A stretch of DNA of 64,000 nt from an uncultured Pseudomonadota bacterium (GCA_947307295.1 CAMZIQ010000002.1:8447-72446); one strand, 5' to 3'. Positions 31,027-41,404 are shown, counted from the first letter of the stretch. Numbers and translations: made by a program. The notes: generated by a model not told the origin, from the sequence alone.

Positions 31027-31784
31027 TTTATTTTTTTACCAATTTTTTCAAAGTTTTCTGCTGTTAAATCTTGTTCCACACGAAAATCAGTAAATCTCTT
31101 ATCTAAATCATAAGCTTGTTTTACCATAATATCTTCAAGATTTTTTCTGATTTTTTCAAAATCTTCTATTTTAGTTTTTTTATCTATAAATATAGGTTCG
31201 CCAACAGTTCCTGCGATAATGGAAAATGGTTTAGTCAATAAATATCTATCCCATCTGTTTAAAAACCACGGACGTGAACATGAATAACATACCGGAATAA
31301 TAGGCGCACCAGTCATTTTTGCAAAATAAAGCGCCCCATCATGAAATCGCATAGAAGGACCACGTGGACCATCAGGTGACAAAGCCAGACAGTTTCCACC
31401 AGCCCGCAATATAGAAACACCCTTTCTTAAAACAGACACCCCACCCCCAGCAGACGAACCATATATAGTTTTAAGTCCAAATAACTTTTCCATCTTGGCA
31501 ATTGCACGACCATCCCGTCTGGGGTCAGCAATGGCATATCCGCGCACCCGCGCCAAAGCAATCACAGGCGATAACATCATCGTCCGCCCATGCCAAAACA
31601 CAAAAATAGCCGGGTTTTTACGGTATTTTTTCAAAATTTTATAACCATGTATGTCTTTTTTAGATGTAAAATACACAAACCATATAAGCACATAATAAAT
31701 AATGGCCAAAAACCATTGAACAACACCCCAACCATAAAGGTATCTAAAAAACCTTTTAAATCTTTTTTTAAGTGATTTTTTCAT
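31023..31784 (-). CDS. DUF374-type lysophospholipid acyltransferase-like protein
   Basis: FWHGRTMM ... SPDGPRGP pattern and a position upstream of lpxK, as in many alphaproteobacteria. Confidence 0.6.
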   Translation of the reverse strand: MKKSLKKRFKRFFRYLYGWGVVQWFLAIIYYVLIWFVYFTSKKDIHGYKILKKYRKNPAIFVFWHGRTMMLSPVIALARVRGYAIADPRRDGRAIAKMEKLFGLKTIYGSSAGGGVSVLRKGVSILRAGGNCLALSPDGPRGPSMRFHDGALYFAKMTGAPIIPVCYSCSRPWFLNRWDRYLLTKPFSIIAGTVGEPIFIDKKTKIEDFEKIRKNLEDIMVKQAYDLDKRFTDFRVEQDLTAENFEKIGKKIK

Positions 31785-31919
31785 ATAAAAACCTTAACGA
31801 AAAAGATTCTAGCAATAAAAAAATCACAATGCAAGAATCATAATAAAAAGGAAAAATAAGATTAAATGCTTTATTTATTTGACAACTAAATATAAAGGTA
31901 TATAATGAATAACGCTTAT

Positions 31920-31996
<77 letters not shown>

Positions 31997-32005
31997 GTTA
32001 AATGA

Positions 32006-32033
32006 AAATCGCACTATTTTTGGTGCGATTTTT
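32006..32033 (+). terminator. Terminator after tRNA-fMet
   Basis: Hairpin ATCGCAC-N8-GTGCGAT followed by a T-run. Confidence 0.7.
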
Positions 32034-32175
32034 ATTTAATTTGTTCTGGGATTATTGGTTTGAAGCGTATGATGCATGTTTCCATAAAATGTATCGTTAT
32101 GTTCCCCCAGTAGATGATGTTGTTTTTGTCCACATAATGTAATTATTTATATGTTGTTATTTTTTATAATATTAA

Positions 32176-32664
32176 TCAGTGGTTTTCTGTTTCTGCTTCA
32201 ATCAATTCATCAATAGCTTTAATTTTATTTTCTAAATTTAATATTTTCTTTTCCAAAGAAGATGTATCTTTTGATTTTACATATTTAGCCACATCTGCGG
32301 GTATATTTTTTAATTTATTCTTTTCTTGTTCAACTTCTTTGCGTTGTTTTATTAATTCATCTTCTGTTTTTACTTTTAAATCATGAAGAAAAGCAATTCT
32401 TTCTGTTTTTTTAAGGTTTATATATTTTTCATTGTTTACAATTTCTATTTTGAATGGTTTAGTCTTCGCTTCTTTTGCTTTTTTAGCAGCCGATTCTTTT
32501 GCATTCTTAAATATATTAACTAGTATATATATGATATAAAAAACCAATCCAAATATTACCCATCCAAACGCCCTATGAATTGTCTGAGAAGAAGGTTGAT
32601 ACTCTCCACTAATAACCGCTATCCCAAACGAAGCAATAAATAAGGCTAATAATATTTGTTTCAT
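32176..32664 (-). CDS. Hypothetical membrane protein (162 aa; 2 TM plus a Lys/Glu coiled coil)
   Basis: ORF inside the tRNA-fMet islet. No motif recognised. Confidence 0.5.
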   Translation of the reverse strand: MKQILLALFIASFGIAVISGEYQPSSQTIHRAFGWVIFGLVFYIIYILVNIFKNAKESAAKKAKEAKTKPFKIEIVNNEKYINLKKTERIAFLHDLKVKTEDELIKQRKEVEQEKNKLKNIPADVAKYVKSKDTSSLEKKILNLENKIKAIDELIEAETENH

Positions 32665-32687
32665 TTATTATACTCCTATGATTAATC

Positions 32688-33386
32688 TTAAAAACCAGGT
32701 ACTACTATTTTGAATTTACTATATTCTTCTCTAACCGCTTCATCTGCAGAATCTTCTATCATTTTGCAATAATCCTTTCTTGTGAAATTAAGTATACCAT
32801 CTTGTGCAGCTAATCTTTTTACAGACTGATAATCATCTTCTATTTGTTTATGAAAGGTTTGTATTACATTTGGGTTTGATATTATTGATGTTTCTAAAGT
32901 CTTTGCACCAGATGAACCAAACGCATTATTTAATATATTTACTGCTTTTGTTTTTTTCTCTTTAAACATTGAATCAAATTTTCTTTTTAAATTGTTAACA
33001 GGGTAATACTGAGAACAATATTTAACTATTTTATAGTCATTAGAAATTATAAAACCATACGCCTTTGATGCTTGTCGAACCAACTCAGAATTCTGTTTTG
33101 CATAATTTTTGTTTGAAGAAGATACATCTGATAAATTTTCCATTTGTTTAGTAGAAGCAGAAATATTATTGATATTATACTGCCGTTTTTCACCTGTTAT
33201 GTTATCTTCAACTTTTACTTGTAGTATATCACCATGCGAAGAAGCTTCATATTTTGCATAAAGTGTATCTGTAGAATATTGGCTATGATTTGAATTTTCC
33301 GAAGTTAAAAAAATCGATATAATAACAAGAGCAACTAAACAAAGTATAAGTTTCCCTAACAAACCGATAAAATTATTTTTTTCCAT
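32688..33386 (-). CDS. Hypothetical membrane-anchored protein (232 aa)
   Basis: N-terminal TM anchor. Lies inside the tRNA-fMet islet. No motif recognised. Confidence 0.5.
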   Translation of the reverse strand: MEKNNFIGLLGKLILCLVALVIISIFLTSENSNHSQYSTDTLYAKYEASSHGDILQVKVEDNITGEKRQYNINNISASTKQMENLSDVSSSNKNYAKQNSELVRQASKAYGFIISNDYKIVKYCSQYYPVNNLKRKFDSMFKEKKTKAVNILNNAFGSSGAKTLETSIISNPNVIQTFHKQIEDDYQSVKRLAAQDGILNFTRKDYCKMIEDSADEAVREEYSKFKIVVPGF

Positions 33387-33587
33387 TTTTTACCTATTAA
33401 CTACTAAAGGCATTGTGTCACAGACTGATAGTTTATTCAACATTTTTTTCCTAATTGATTAATAATGAATTAATTATTATAAAACATTTTACATTTGTCT
33501 AAAAACACGATAAATTTAAAAAGTGCCAAGCAAAGAGTCAGGCATTTCAATGTTTTTAGTCTAAAATTGTCTCAAAAAAGGCAGTTT

Positions 33588-33705
33588 TCATAACCTGAAG
33601 GTCGGTGGTTCAGTGCAAGGATTAGGCGGGTGGAAACACGCCGGTTTGCCAAAGGCAAAAATCCGCAGACAATGAAGCAAAGCGAAATAAATCCATCTCC
33701 CGCAA
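33588..33705 (+). repeat. Displaced tRNA-fMet 3'-half (anticodon loop to acceptor end) with a 77-nt insert in the T-loop
   Basis: 33588-33612 is identical (25/25) to 31953-31977, and 33690-33705 is identical (16/16) to 31978-31993. They are separated by a G+C-rich insert at 33613-33689. Confidence 0.85.
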
Positions 33706-33761
33706 TTTTTCTACTACTTTTGAACTTTTTATGATATAATTTGCATGAAAAGGATTATCGT

Positions 33762-34277
33762 ATGGAAATAAAAATTAGAAATGCTGTTCCCGATGATGCA
33801 AAAGCAATTCAACAAATTATCGCCGCAGGATATCGGCGTTCTTTTGCAGAATTTCATACAAAAGAGTATTTAGAAAGTAAAATTCAAGAATATCTAAGTC
33901 CTGCTAGAATAGAAAAAATGGTGAATACGATTCGTGATAAAAATTCTATAAATATAGTTGCAGAAAACACGGATGGAGAAGTTGTTGGGTCTGTTGGTGG
34001 TACGAAAGACGAAAATGGAAATTATTATTTAATAGCATTATATGTAGATGAACGGGTTATTGGTGATATAAAATTTGCACTTAGTTTGGTTAAAGAATTT
34101 TCACAACGTATCAAAAATAACGGAGCAGATAGGTTCACCACAGGAACTATAACTGGAAGTCGTGTCTGTAAATTATATGAATTATTAGGCGGTAAAAGAA
34201 TAAAAGAATTTATAAATCATAAACGTGATAATGTGTCAGAAACAGAATTTGAATTTGATGTAAGTAGATTTATTTAA
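33762..34277 (+). CDS. GNAT-family N-acetyltransferase
   Basis: MEIKIRNAVPDDAKAIQQI start with an AAGGA RBS. The acetyl-CoA-binding core region has a GNAT-like pattern. Confidence 0.6.
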   Translation: MEIKIRNAVPDDAKAIQQIIAAGYRRSFAEFHTKEYLESKIQEYLSPARIEKMVNTIRDKNSINIVAENTDGEVVGSVGGTKDENGNYYLIALYVDERVIGDIKFALSLVKEFSQRIKNNGADRFTTGTITGSRVCKLYELLGGKRIKEFINHKRDNVSETEFEFDVSRFI

Positions 34278-34392
34278 ATCAAATTAATTTCCAATTTATC
34301 TTTCACAGTATTAATCTCTCGCCCTATTTCCAACAATTCGGCTCGGGAACTGCACACCGAGCACAACTGTGTTTTACACAAAGTTTAATAGT

Positions 34393-37300
34393 TTATTTAT
34401 ATATTCCATTATCTATTCTGGTTATATCAATACCCATATGTTCATTTTCATCAATCTGTGTTTGTATATCACGTATTATAATATCTGGACGATAATTTTC
34501 TGCTTTTGTTTTATCATAATCAACAATTAAACTAATAAAACTTTTTAAATCCAATTTTTTAAAATCGTTTAATAAACCAGGATCCTTTTTTCTTAATTTA
34601 CTAATCAAGATATTTGCTTTAACTGTGTTAACAATCTTTTTATCAATGATTCCAGAACTTGCGACCGCGATTATTATATTTTGTAATTCGCTTTTAGTCA
34701 AAGATTTAGATTCTTGGATAATATTACCATTTTCATCTTTTATTTCTTTCTGATATTCAATAATATCTGACAAAGCCAATATACCTCGTTGCACACCATC
34801 GATATAAGATGAATCTATACCTAACTTTTTACTAAAAGAATCTATATTTTGAACATTATCATTTAAAACACTTGATATATTTTTCCCAGTTCGTACACCA
34901 AGAATCAGTTTATAAAAAAGGTGCCCCAACATAACTTTATCAATCATACCTGTGTCATGACTCATTTGTGCGCCAGTATCAAATATCCCTATACAAAAAT
35001 CACGAAACGCATCATTATTTAAACCAAATTCTGGTAATTTTTCATAAAAATTCTGCTGACCAGCATGACGATCAGTATCCCAACGCGCTCCTGACAATAA
35101 TATAGCTAATTCCAAAGTCACATACGCGATTGCCATATCGTGTTTATCTTCTTCATCAATTTCATCTGATGTTAATGCCTTGCCTGGGGCTATTTCCATA
35201 ATTTTATATGAATTTTCTATTTTATTATTTGCGCCACATACCAGCCACCGTGCAACACTTGGTGAATATTTTGCATCTTTGGTTTTAACTTGTAATGCTT
35301 CATAAACGCGTATTGCGTATAAATATTTATCTAAATCCTGTTTTATATCAATTTCTTCACTACACGAAGCACGAGCTTGATTTACTATATTCTTTAATGG
35401 TTCAAATTTAGCATCTTGCTGTGCCATATCATTAATAGAATTTGAAATCAAATCTATACCAGACATAATAATATTTTTTGTATTAGGACGCATCAATGCG
35501 ATAACGCAATCTTTACCTTTGTATTTTATTTGAACTGTTAAATATATAGAACCACCACCTAATACTTTACCAACATAAGAAATATCTTTTCTTATGTCTT
35601 CGTGCACAGATTGTTTTATTATATCAAATATTTCATCACGAGTTGGGATATTTGCACGATCTCGCAAAGTTGACAATTCATTACAAATTTCTGAATCTAG
35701 TGATGATAAATAAGATAACATTTGTCCAAATTTAATAAAAGCCCCTCCTTCGTTTTGGAAGAACATTTTAAGCCCACGCCCAACTTGTTGTGCATTTGAT
35801 AAACCAGATTTATCTTCTTTTTTTCCAGACCCCAACAACGCAGCCAACATCAAACTTTTTTCATATGATTGAAAGTTTTTATATACAGATTTTAAAACTA
35901 TTTTGGCATCATTATAATAAACAGAATCTTTATCAAAATACATATCTACAACTAAATCTAATTTTTTATTATCATTACCTTGGGCATATTTATCTAATAA
36001 TTGATCAAATACAACAGCCCTTAATTTTAAATCCATATTCCACACATTTTCATATAACAAAGTCAATGTCGATTTGTTTAATAATTTTTTATAATTGTCT
36101 ATATCATATTCAGAATAACGAACAGATTGTTCAAAAAACAAATCACACGAATCTATTAACGTTTGTATAGATTTATCAGATAATTTTATGCTTAAAAATT
36201 GTATCACAGCTAATGAAATTTCTGGCGATTTTGTAAATAATTCTATTAATGTTTCACCACCAACTAGTATTTTATTATAGTCTTCTATTTTGTTCGCATC
36301 TATATGATATTTAGCAGCATCACCAAACATTTTTGCAGCACGTTCTTGCGCCAAAACTTTAACAGAAATACCATCTAATATCTTTTTGACGATGTCATCA
36401 GAAAAAACTTGTTTACCTTTATTATCAGATTTTTTAATTGAATTTATTACATTTTGAACCAGATTTAAATAATGATCTGATCCATCATCAATCCCCAGAT
36501 TACCAGCATAATATCGCGCACAAAATTCACACAATTTATTACGTTCATCAATAAATTTAAAATTTTTATCTTTGCCAGATAAAGTCTGTTTACCATAAAA
36601 AATTTCAAAATTTTTATCTCTCTGTTTACCATATTCAGATATATTTTTACCGGACAAAATTTTTTCAGATATATCATACAAATAATCAAATTTATATTTA
36701 TCTTTTGTTTTGACAATATCATCAACTATAATTTTAATATATTTGTTATTATTTGCGTACTTTTCAGAAAATAAATCATATTCTTCCATAAATTCATACA
36801 AAGATATTTTATCCATTAAATCTAATGAATTAAATTCATCAACATTTATATATTCTGCCAAAATATCTGATACAGCTGGAATTTTATTATGCTCATAACC
36901 AAGAGACAAAAATGTACCCATATTTAGTATATTTTTTATATGAAATTTATGACCATTTTTGATATATATAGCTAATAAAATTAATGCACATTGTGGTGAT
37001 AAAAGTTTCATACTTTCAATTAATTCAGCCTCGTTTTGTGGCATCTTAGATAAACCAATATTTTTAAATATTTGTTCTATCAAATTTGATGAATTATTCT
37101 TAGAAGATAAAAAATTATCTATATAATATCTTAAATATGAAACATCGACGTCCAAAGATTTTATGTCATTTACAGAGTTTTTAACCATATCTGGATAAAA
37201 TTCTTTAATAATTTCTTTTGTTCTTTTTTGTTTAATTTGGCGTTTTTTTCTTAAATTATCCATATTATCATCAGGATTTTTCCAATTCTCATCATAATCA

Positions 37301-39321
37301 ATATATAACAAATCATCAAGGTGATAAAAACAACTATCTGCAACTTTTGATATATCGCTAAACACATTTTTATCTTTTAATGTTAAACATGCCTGAACTA
37401 TATTTTTTGTAAATTTTTCAAAATTAATTGGTGTCAAAACAAATAAAAAAAACGATATTAATGATTGAAATTTTTCTGTATTTTCTTTCCTATTTAACAC
37501 ATCAATAAATTCTGACATTTCTGGTTGTTTGAATATAAATTTATTATAAAAATCAGATTTAATTATTTTGTAATAAAGTTCTTTTAATTCAGAATAATTT
37601 AAATTACGAGAATGTATTAATTTATCAAATTTATAAACTTGGGTTTGAAAATCTTCAATAGTTGAAATATCTCTATAATTTGTATACAATAAATATTCAT
37701 ATTTTTTATATTCATATATTTTTTTATAAATAAAGTTTTTACTTATTTTTCCATCTAAATATTGCGCAAAAGAATCAAACAAATCAATTTTTTTATTAAT
37801 ATTCGTTTTTATTTCTTTTATAAAATCATCTAAATTTTTTTGTCTTATATCATCCCCATATAATGTTATTATGTTATTTTCAATATAATATTCATCTTTA
37901 TCAAAATCTACTTTTCGAGAATAATGCGGTTCATCAAAATAACTATCAAAATAAATTAAATCAAAAATTTTATTTATATTTTCATCATTATAAGATTTCA
38001 ATTGAACCCATGGAAATTTTTTTCCAATATTATCTTTACCCAAAGGCTTCAAAGCAGGCCATTCAACATCAAAATCTTCTGCATAATCCACTGTCCATCG
38101 TAAATCGTATATTTTTTTTGCATAATATATAGATTTTTCTTTGTCATAACAATTTTTAATAAGATTTTCTATATTTTTATATTGCTCTTGAAAAGGACCA
38201 AATACCTTTAAATTAAAATTTTTTATTATTGTTTTAATTGCTTTTAAATAGTTTTTATCTAGAAATTTTGTTTTTTTAATTAATTTTAATATAATATCTT
38301 GGATTAAATTTTTTTCTTGTTCAGATTTTATAATAACTTTATATTCTGGTGTTTTTACACATAAATCATAAATTATTGCATTAAAAAATTTTGTATTATT
38401 TTCATTTTTATCAATCATATCCTTTATTAATTGTAAAAAATCTAACATCCCCACTTTTTTCAAATTATCGGATTTTTTTCTTCCTAAAATCATTTTAATA
38501 AAATACATTATATCAAAATTTCTTGCATCTTTTGACAATAATGTTCTACGTAAAAATTTTATAGAATCTACCCAATCTAAATCTTTTGTTCCAAATTTCT
38601 TAATCAATTCTTTATCTATATATGTGTTATAAGGTTCTTTTTTATAAACATTTTCAACATCTTTTTGAAATTTTAACCATTCTTTATCTGATGCATCATT
38701 TTCTATTGATGGAAAACGCCCTTGTTCCATTGCTATGGTCTTTAATGTATAATTAACCACATCCATACGCGAATTATCAGAACCATGAACATCGGATAAA
38801 TCATTTATAACATCTTTTAATGTAAATTCTGAATTATATGATCGTGTAAACCGTAATAATTCAGTTTGCATTACTGAAACATATTGCGGATTATATCCGC
38901 CGTTTACCATCATTTTTACACTATAGCTATCTGAACCTTGTTCTTGGATAGTATTATTATCACCACCAATTAAATCAGCCCATACAGAATGTCCTGCTTC
39001 GTGTCCCAAAACTGCGGCAAAAGTTTCATGTCTTTTTGCTTGGCGTATTAATCCCAAAGATACAGCTATAACCTTTTTTTTCTTTTTAATACCATCTTCT
39101 ATAACTTCTATATCATCCCTTAATTTAAACGCATTTACTTCGTTTTCATCATACCCAGTAAAATAAAAATTATCCAAATTAATATCTGTATTACGAAATA
39201 ATCTGCCAAACACTTCCCGTATTTTAGGCGAAATTACCTTATACATCTCACTATCTGGTCGATAAATACGAAATTGTTCAAATAAATATTCACTTTTTTC
39301 AGTAAGTTCTATTTTTGACAT
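34393..39321 (-). CDS. Giant multidomain protein (1642 aa): N-terminal M48-like Zn-peptidase motif, Asn/Lys/Ile-rich middle, C-terminal ABC1/UbiB atypical-kinase-like domain
   Basis: VLGHEAGHSVW (HExxH, aa 107-111) plus EQGSDSYSVKMMVNGGYNP. Near aa 1190: GGAFIKFGQMLSYL...ELSTLRDRANIP, GGGSIYLTVQIKYKGKDCVIALMRPN, MEIAPGKAL, WDTDRHAGQQNF. Confidence 0.75.
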   Translation of the reverse strand: MSKIELTEKSEYLFEQFRIYRPDSEMYKVISPKIREVFGRLFRNTDINLDNFYFTGYDENEVNAFKLRDDIEVIEDGIKKKKKVIAVSLGLIRQAKRHETFAAVLGHEAGHSVWADLIGGDNNTIQEQGSDSYSVKMMVNGGYNPQYVSVMQTELLRFTRSYNSEFTLKDVINDLSDVHGSDNSRMDVVNYTLKTIAMEQGRFPSIENDASDKEWLKFQKDVENVYKKEPYNTYIDKELIKKFGTKDLDWVDSIKFLRRTLLSKDARNFDIMYFIKMILGRKKSDNLKKVGMLDFLQLIKDMIDKNENNTKFFNAIIYDLCVKTPEYKVIIKSEQEKNLIQDIILKLIKKTKFLDKNYLKAIKTIIKNFNLKVFGPFQEQYKNIENLIKNCYDKEKSIYYAKKIYDLRWTVDYAEDFDVEWPALKPLGKDNIGKKFPWVQLKSYNDENINKIFDLIYFDSYFDEPHYSRKVDFDKDEYYIENNIITLYGDDIRQKNLDDFIKEIKTNINKKIDLFDSFAQYLDGKISKNFIYKKIYEYKKYEYLLYTNYRDISTIEDFQTQVYKFDKLIHSRNLNYSELKELYYKIIKSDFYNKFIFKQPEMSEFIDVLNRKENTEKFQSLISFFLFVLTPINFEKFTKNIVQACLTLKDKNVFSDISKVADSCFYHLDDLLYIDYDENWKNPDDNMDNLRKKRQIKQKRTKEIIKEFYPDMVKNSVNDIKSLDVDVSYLRYYIDNFLSSKNNSSNLIEQIFKNIGLSKMPQNEAELIESMKLLSPQCALILLAIYIKNGHKFHIKNILNMGTFLSLGYEHNKIPAVSDILAEYINVDEFNSLDLMDKISLYEFMEEYDLFSEKYANNNKYIKIIVDDIVKTKDKYKFDYLYDISEKILSGKNISEYGKQRDKNFEIFYGKQTLSGKDKNFKFIDERNKLCEFCARYYAGNLGIDDGSDHYLNLVQNVINSIKKSDNKGKQVFSDDIVKKILDGISVKVLAQERAAKMFGDAAKYHIDANKIEDYNKILVGGETLIELFTKSPEISLAVIQFLSIKLSDKSIQTLIDSCDLFFEQSVRYSEYDIDNYKKLLNKSTLTLLYENVWNMDLKLRAVVFDQLLDKYAQGNDNKKLDLVVDMYFDKDSVYYNDAKIVLKSVYKNFQSYEKSLMLAALLGSGKKEDKSGLSNAQQVGRGLKMFFQNEGGAFIKFGQMLSYLSSLDSEICNELSTLRDRANIPTRDEIFDIIKQSVHEDIRKDISYVGKVLGGGSIYLTVQIKYKGKDCVIALMRPNTKNIIMSGIDLISNSINDMAQQDAKFEPLKNIVNQARASCSEEIDIKQDLDKYLYAIRVYEALQVKTKDAKYSPSVARWLVCGANNKIENSYKIMEIAPGKALTSDEIDEEDKHDMAIAYVTLELAILLSGARWDTDRHAGQQNFYEKLPEFGLNNDAFRDFCIGIFDTGAQMSHDTGMIDKVMLGHLFYKLILGVRTGKNISSVLNDNVQNIDSFSKKLGIDSSYIDGVQRGILALSDIIEYQKEIKDENGNIIQESKSLTKSELQNIIIAVASSGIIDKKIVNTVKANILISKLRKKDPGLLNDFKKLDLKSFISLIVDYDKTKAENYRPDIIIRDIQTQIDENEHMGIDITRIDNGIYK

Positions 39322-39416
39322 AAAAATCCTCTTTTTTCAGGAAAATTATACCATAAATTCATGTTTAAAATCTATTATTTTTATATACGCTTTTCATGAT
39401 AACTAATTTAATAAAA

Positions 39417-39436
39417 ATACCGGCAAATACCGGTAT
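39417..39436. terminator. Bidirectional terminator (ychF side and giant-gene upstream region)
   Basis: Hairpin ATACCGG-N6-CCGGTAT flanked by A-runs and T-runs. Confidence 0.7.
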
Positions 39437-39550
39437 TTTTATTATTTTTTAATATTTTGTGCTATTAATATAACCAAAACTTATACTAAGCATATTTTAT
39501 GTATTTAAAATTTTAATAATCAATATAAAAAAATTAATCAAAAATTAAAT

Positions 39551-40630
39551 TTATACATTAAATAAGAAATGACAAATGTCACCATCTTGCATAATATATT
39601 CTTTACCAACCAGGCGCATTTTTCCAGCTTCTTTCACAGCAACTTCACCACCATATTCAATATAATCATTCGGAGAAATTATTTCAGCACGTATAAATCC
39701 GCGTTCAAAATCAGTATGAATTTTCCCAGCCGCCTGTGGTGCAGTCATACCTTTGGTTATTGTCCAAGCATGTGCTTCTTTTGGTCCCACAGTATAAAAT
39801 GTTTGTAAACCCAATGTATCATAACCTGTGTGTATAACCTGATCCAAACCAGATTCGTTTAACCCCAGTTCATTTAAAAACATTTTTCTTTCGTCTACAT
39901 CAACAATTTGTGCAATTTCCATTTCTATTTTAGAAGAAATTATCAACACAGGTGCTTTACCAGAAAATTTTTCACGCACCATATCTGAAAATTTATTTCC
40001 TTTGGCAGCCGCAGATTCTTCAACATTACAAACGTATATTACAGGCTTACTAGTTAATAAATTAAAAGGTTTTGCATCTATATCTATATCACGCGCAGGT
40101 ATTGATTTTTCAAGCCCACTTTTTATAGTATTTGCGTCTGCTAATAATTTCGCAGCATTTTTATCTTGACCATGAACTTTTTTTTCTAATTTTTTTATCT
40201 GATTATCTAAACTTTCCATATCAGCTAACATTAATTCAGTTTCAATTGTTTCAATATCACTTAATGGGTCAATCTTACCATTAACATGAACAATATCATC
40301 ATTTTCAAAACAACGAACAACATGAATAATTGCATCTGTTTCTAATATATTAGATAAAAATTTATTACCAAGCCCTTCGCCAGCGGATGCACCTTTGACA
40401 AGACCAGCTATATCAACAATTTCTAATTGCGTAGGAATAATACGTTCAGCCCCGGCAACGCGTGCTAAATTATGCAAAGTAGCATCTGGTACAACTACAC
40501 GCCCAGTATTTGGTTCAATAGTACAAAACGGATAATTTTGCGCATCTGCAGCCGCACTTTGAGTTAACGCATTAAACAAGGTAGATTTTCCTACATTAGG
40601 AAGCCCCACTATTCCACAATTAAATCCCAT
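39551..40630 (-). CDS. ychF: Ribosome-binding ATPase YchF
   Basis: GIVGLPNVGKSTLFNALT and a C-terminal TGS-like domain. Length 359 aa. Confidence 0.93.
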   Translation of the reverse strand: MGFNCGIVGLPNVGKSTLFNALTQSAAADAQNYPFCTIEPNTGRVVVPDATLHNLARVAGAERIIPTQLEIVDIAGLVKGASAGEGLGNKFLSNILETDAIIHVVRCFENDDIVHVNGKIDPLSDIETIETELMLADMESLDNQIKKLEKKVHGQDKNAAKLLADANTIKSGLEKSIPARDIDIDAKPFNLLTSKPVIYVCNVEESAAAKGNKFSDMVREKFSGKAPVLIISSKIEMEIAQIVDVDERKMFLNELGLNESGLDQVIHTGYDTLGLQTFYTVGPKEAHAWTITKGMTAPQAAGKIHTDFERGFIRAEIISPNDYIEYGGEVAVKEAGKMRLVGKEYIMQDGDICHFLFNV

Positions 40631-40699
40631 ATCTTTTCACCAATTAGTTGTTTTTTTTATTTTTTTTACTATTATATACTTAAATCACTAAGGATAAAT

Positions 40700-41398
40700 A
40701 TGTCATACCTTTGGCAAGAATTCAATATAAAAACATTTCCAGCGGAAACTTTAGTTTTTCGCGATGGTATCTTTTGTGAAGATTTATCTGAATATAAAAG
40801 TGTTAAATATATAAAAGAAAAAAATCTTATTTCTGTTCAAAAAATATCAAAATTACCGGTACATATTATATACATTGGTGAAATAGCCGGTAATATCGAC
40901 ATAAATATCGATATAAATGTTGAAAAAAGCCGGGTATTTATGACGATGAAAACTTTTAATAAAAAGCCGGCCTTTTTGAATATTTTTATCAAAAACACCG
41001 GGAAAAAAAGTTTTTTTAATGGCATAATTATTGATAAAAATTACGATAATTTAAAAATCCGGCAAATTGGTCAACATTTATCGGCAAATACCGGTATTTT
41101 CTTAAAAAATCGTATAGCAGCTTACAATAATTCAGAAACTATTCTAGAAGGTTATGCAGAAATAGAAAAAAATGCTAAAAATTGTGATTCTGATATATCA
41201 TTTTCTGTTCTAGCGGATGAAAATGCTAAAATAACACTAAAACCATCACAATATATAAAATCAATACCTAACAGTGCATCTCATTCTGCATCATTATACA
41301 AACCATCAAATAATCAAATACAGTATCTTAAAACGTCTGGTTTGTCTGATATCGAAATTCAAAAAATTCTGGAAAATGCGTTCTTAGAAGAAGAATAA
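40700..41398 (+). CDS. Short SufD-like (SufB/SufD family) protein
   Basis: The C-terminus SHSASLYKPSNNQIQYLKTSGLSDIEIQKILENAFL follows the conserved SufB/D C-terminal pattern. It is only 232 aa and no sufB or sufC lies adjacent. Confidence 0.45.
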   Translation: MSYLWQEFNIKTFPAETLVFRDGIFCEDLSEYKSVKYIKEKNLISVQKISKLPVHIIYIGEIAGNIDINIDINVEKSRVFMTMKTFNKKPAFLNIFIKNTGKKSFFNGIIIDKNYDNLKIRQIGQHLSANTGIFLKNRIAAYNNSETILEGYAEIEKNAKNCDSDISFSVLADENAKITLKPSQYIKSIPNSASHSASLYKPSNNQIQYLKTSGLSDIEIQKILENAFLEEE

Positions 41399-41404
41399 CT
41401 AATA

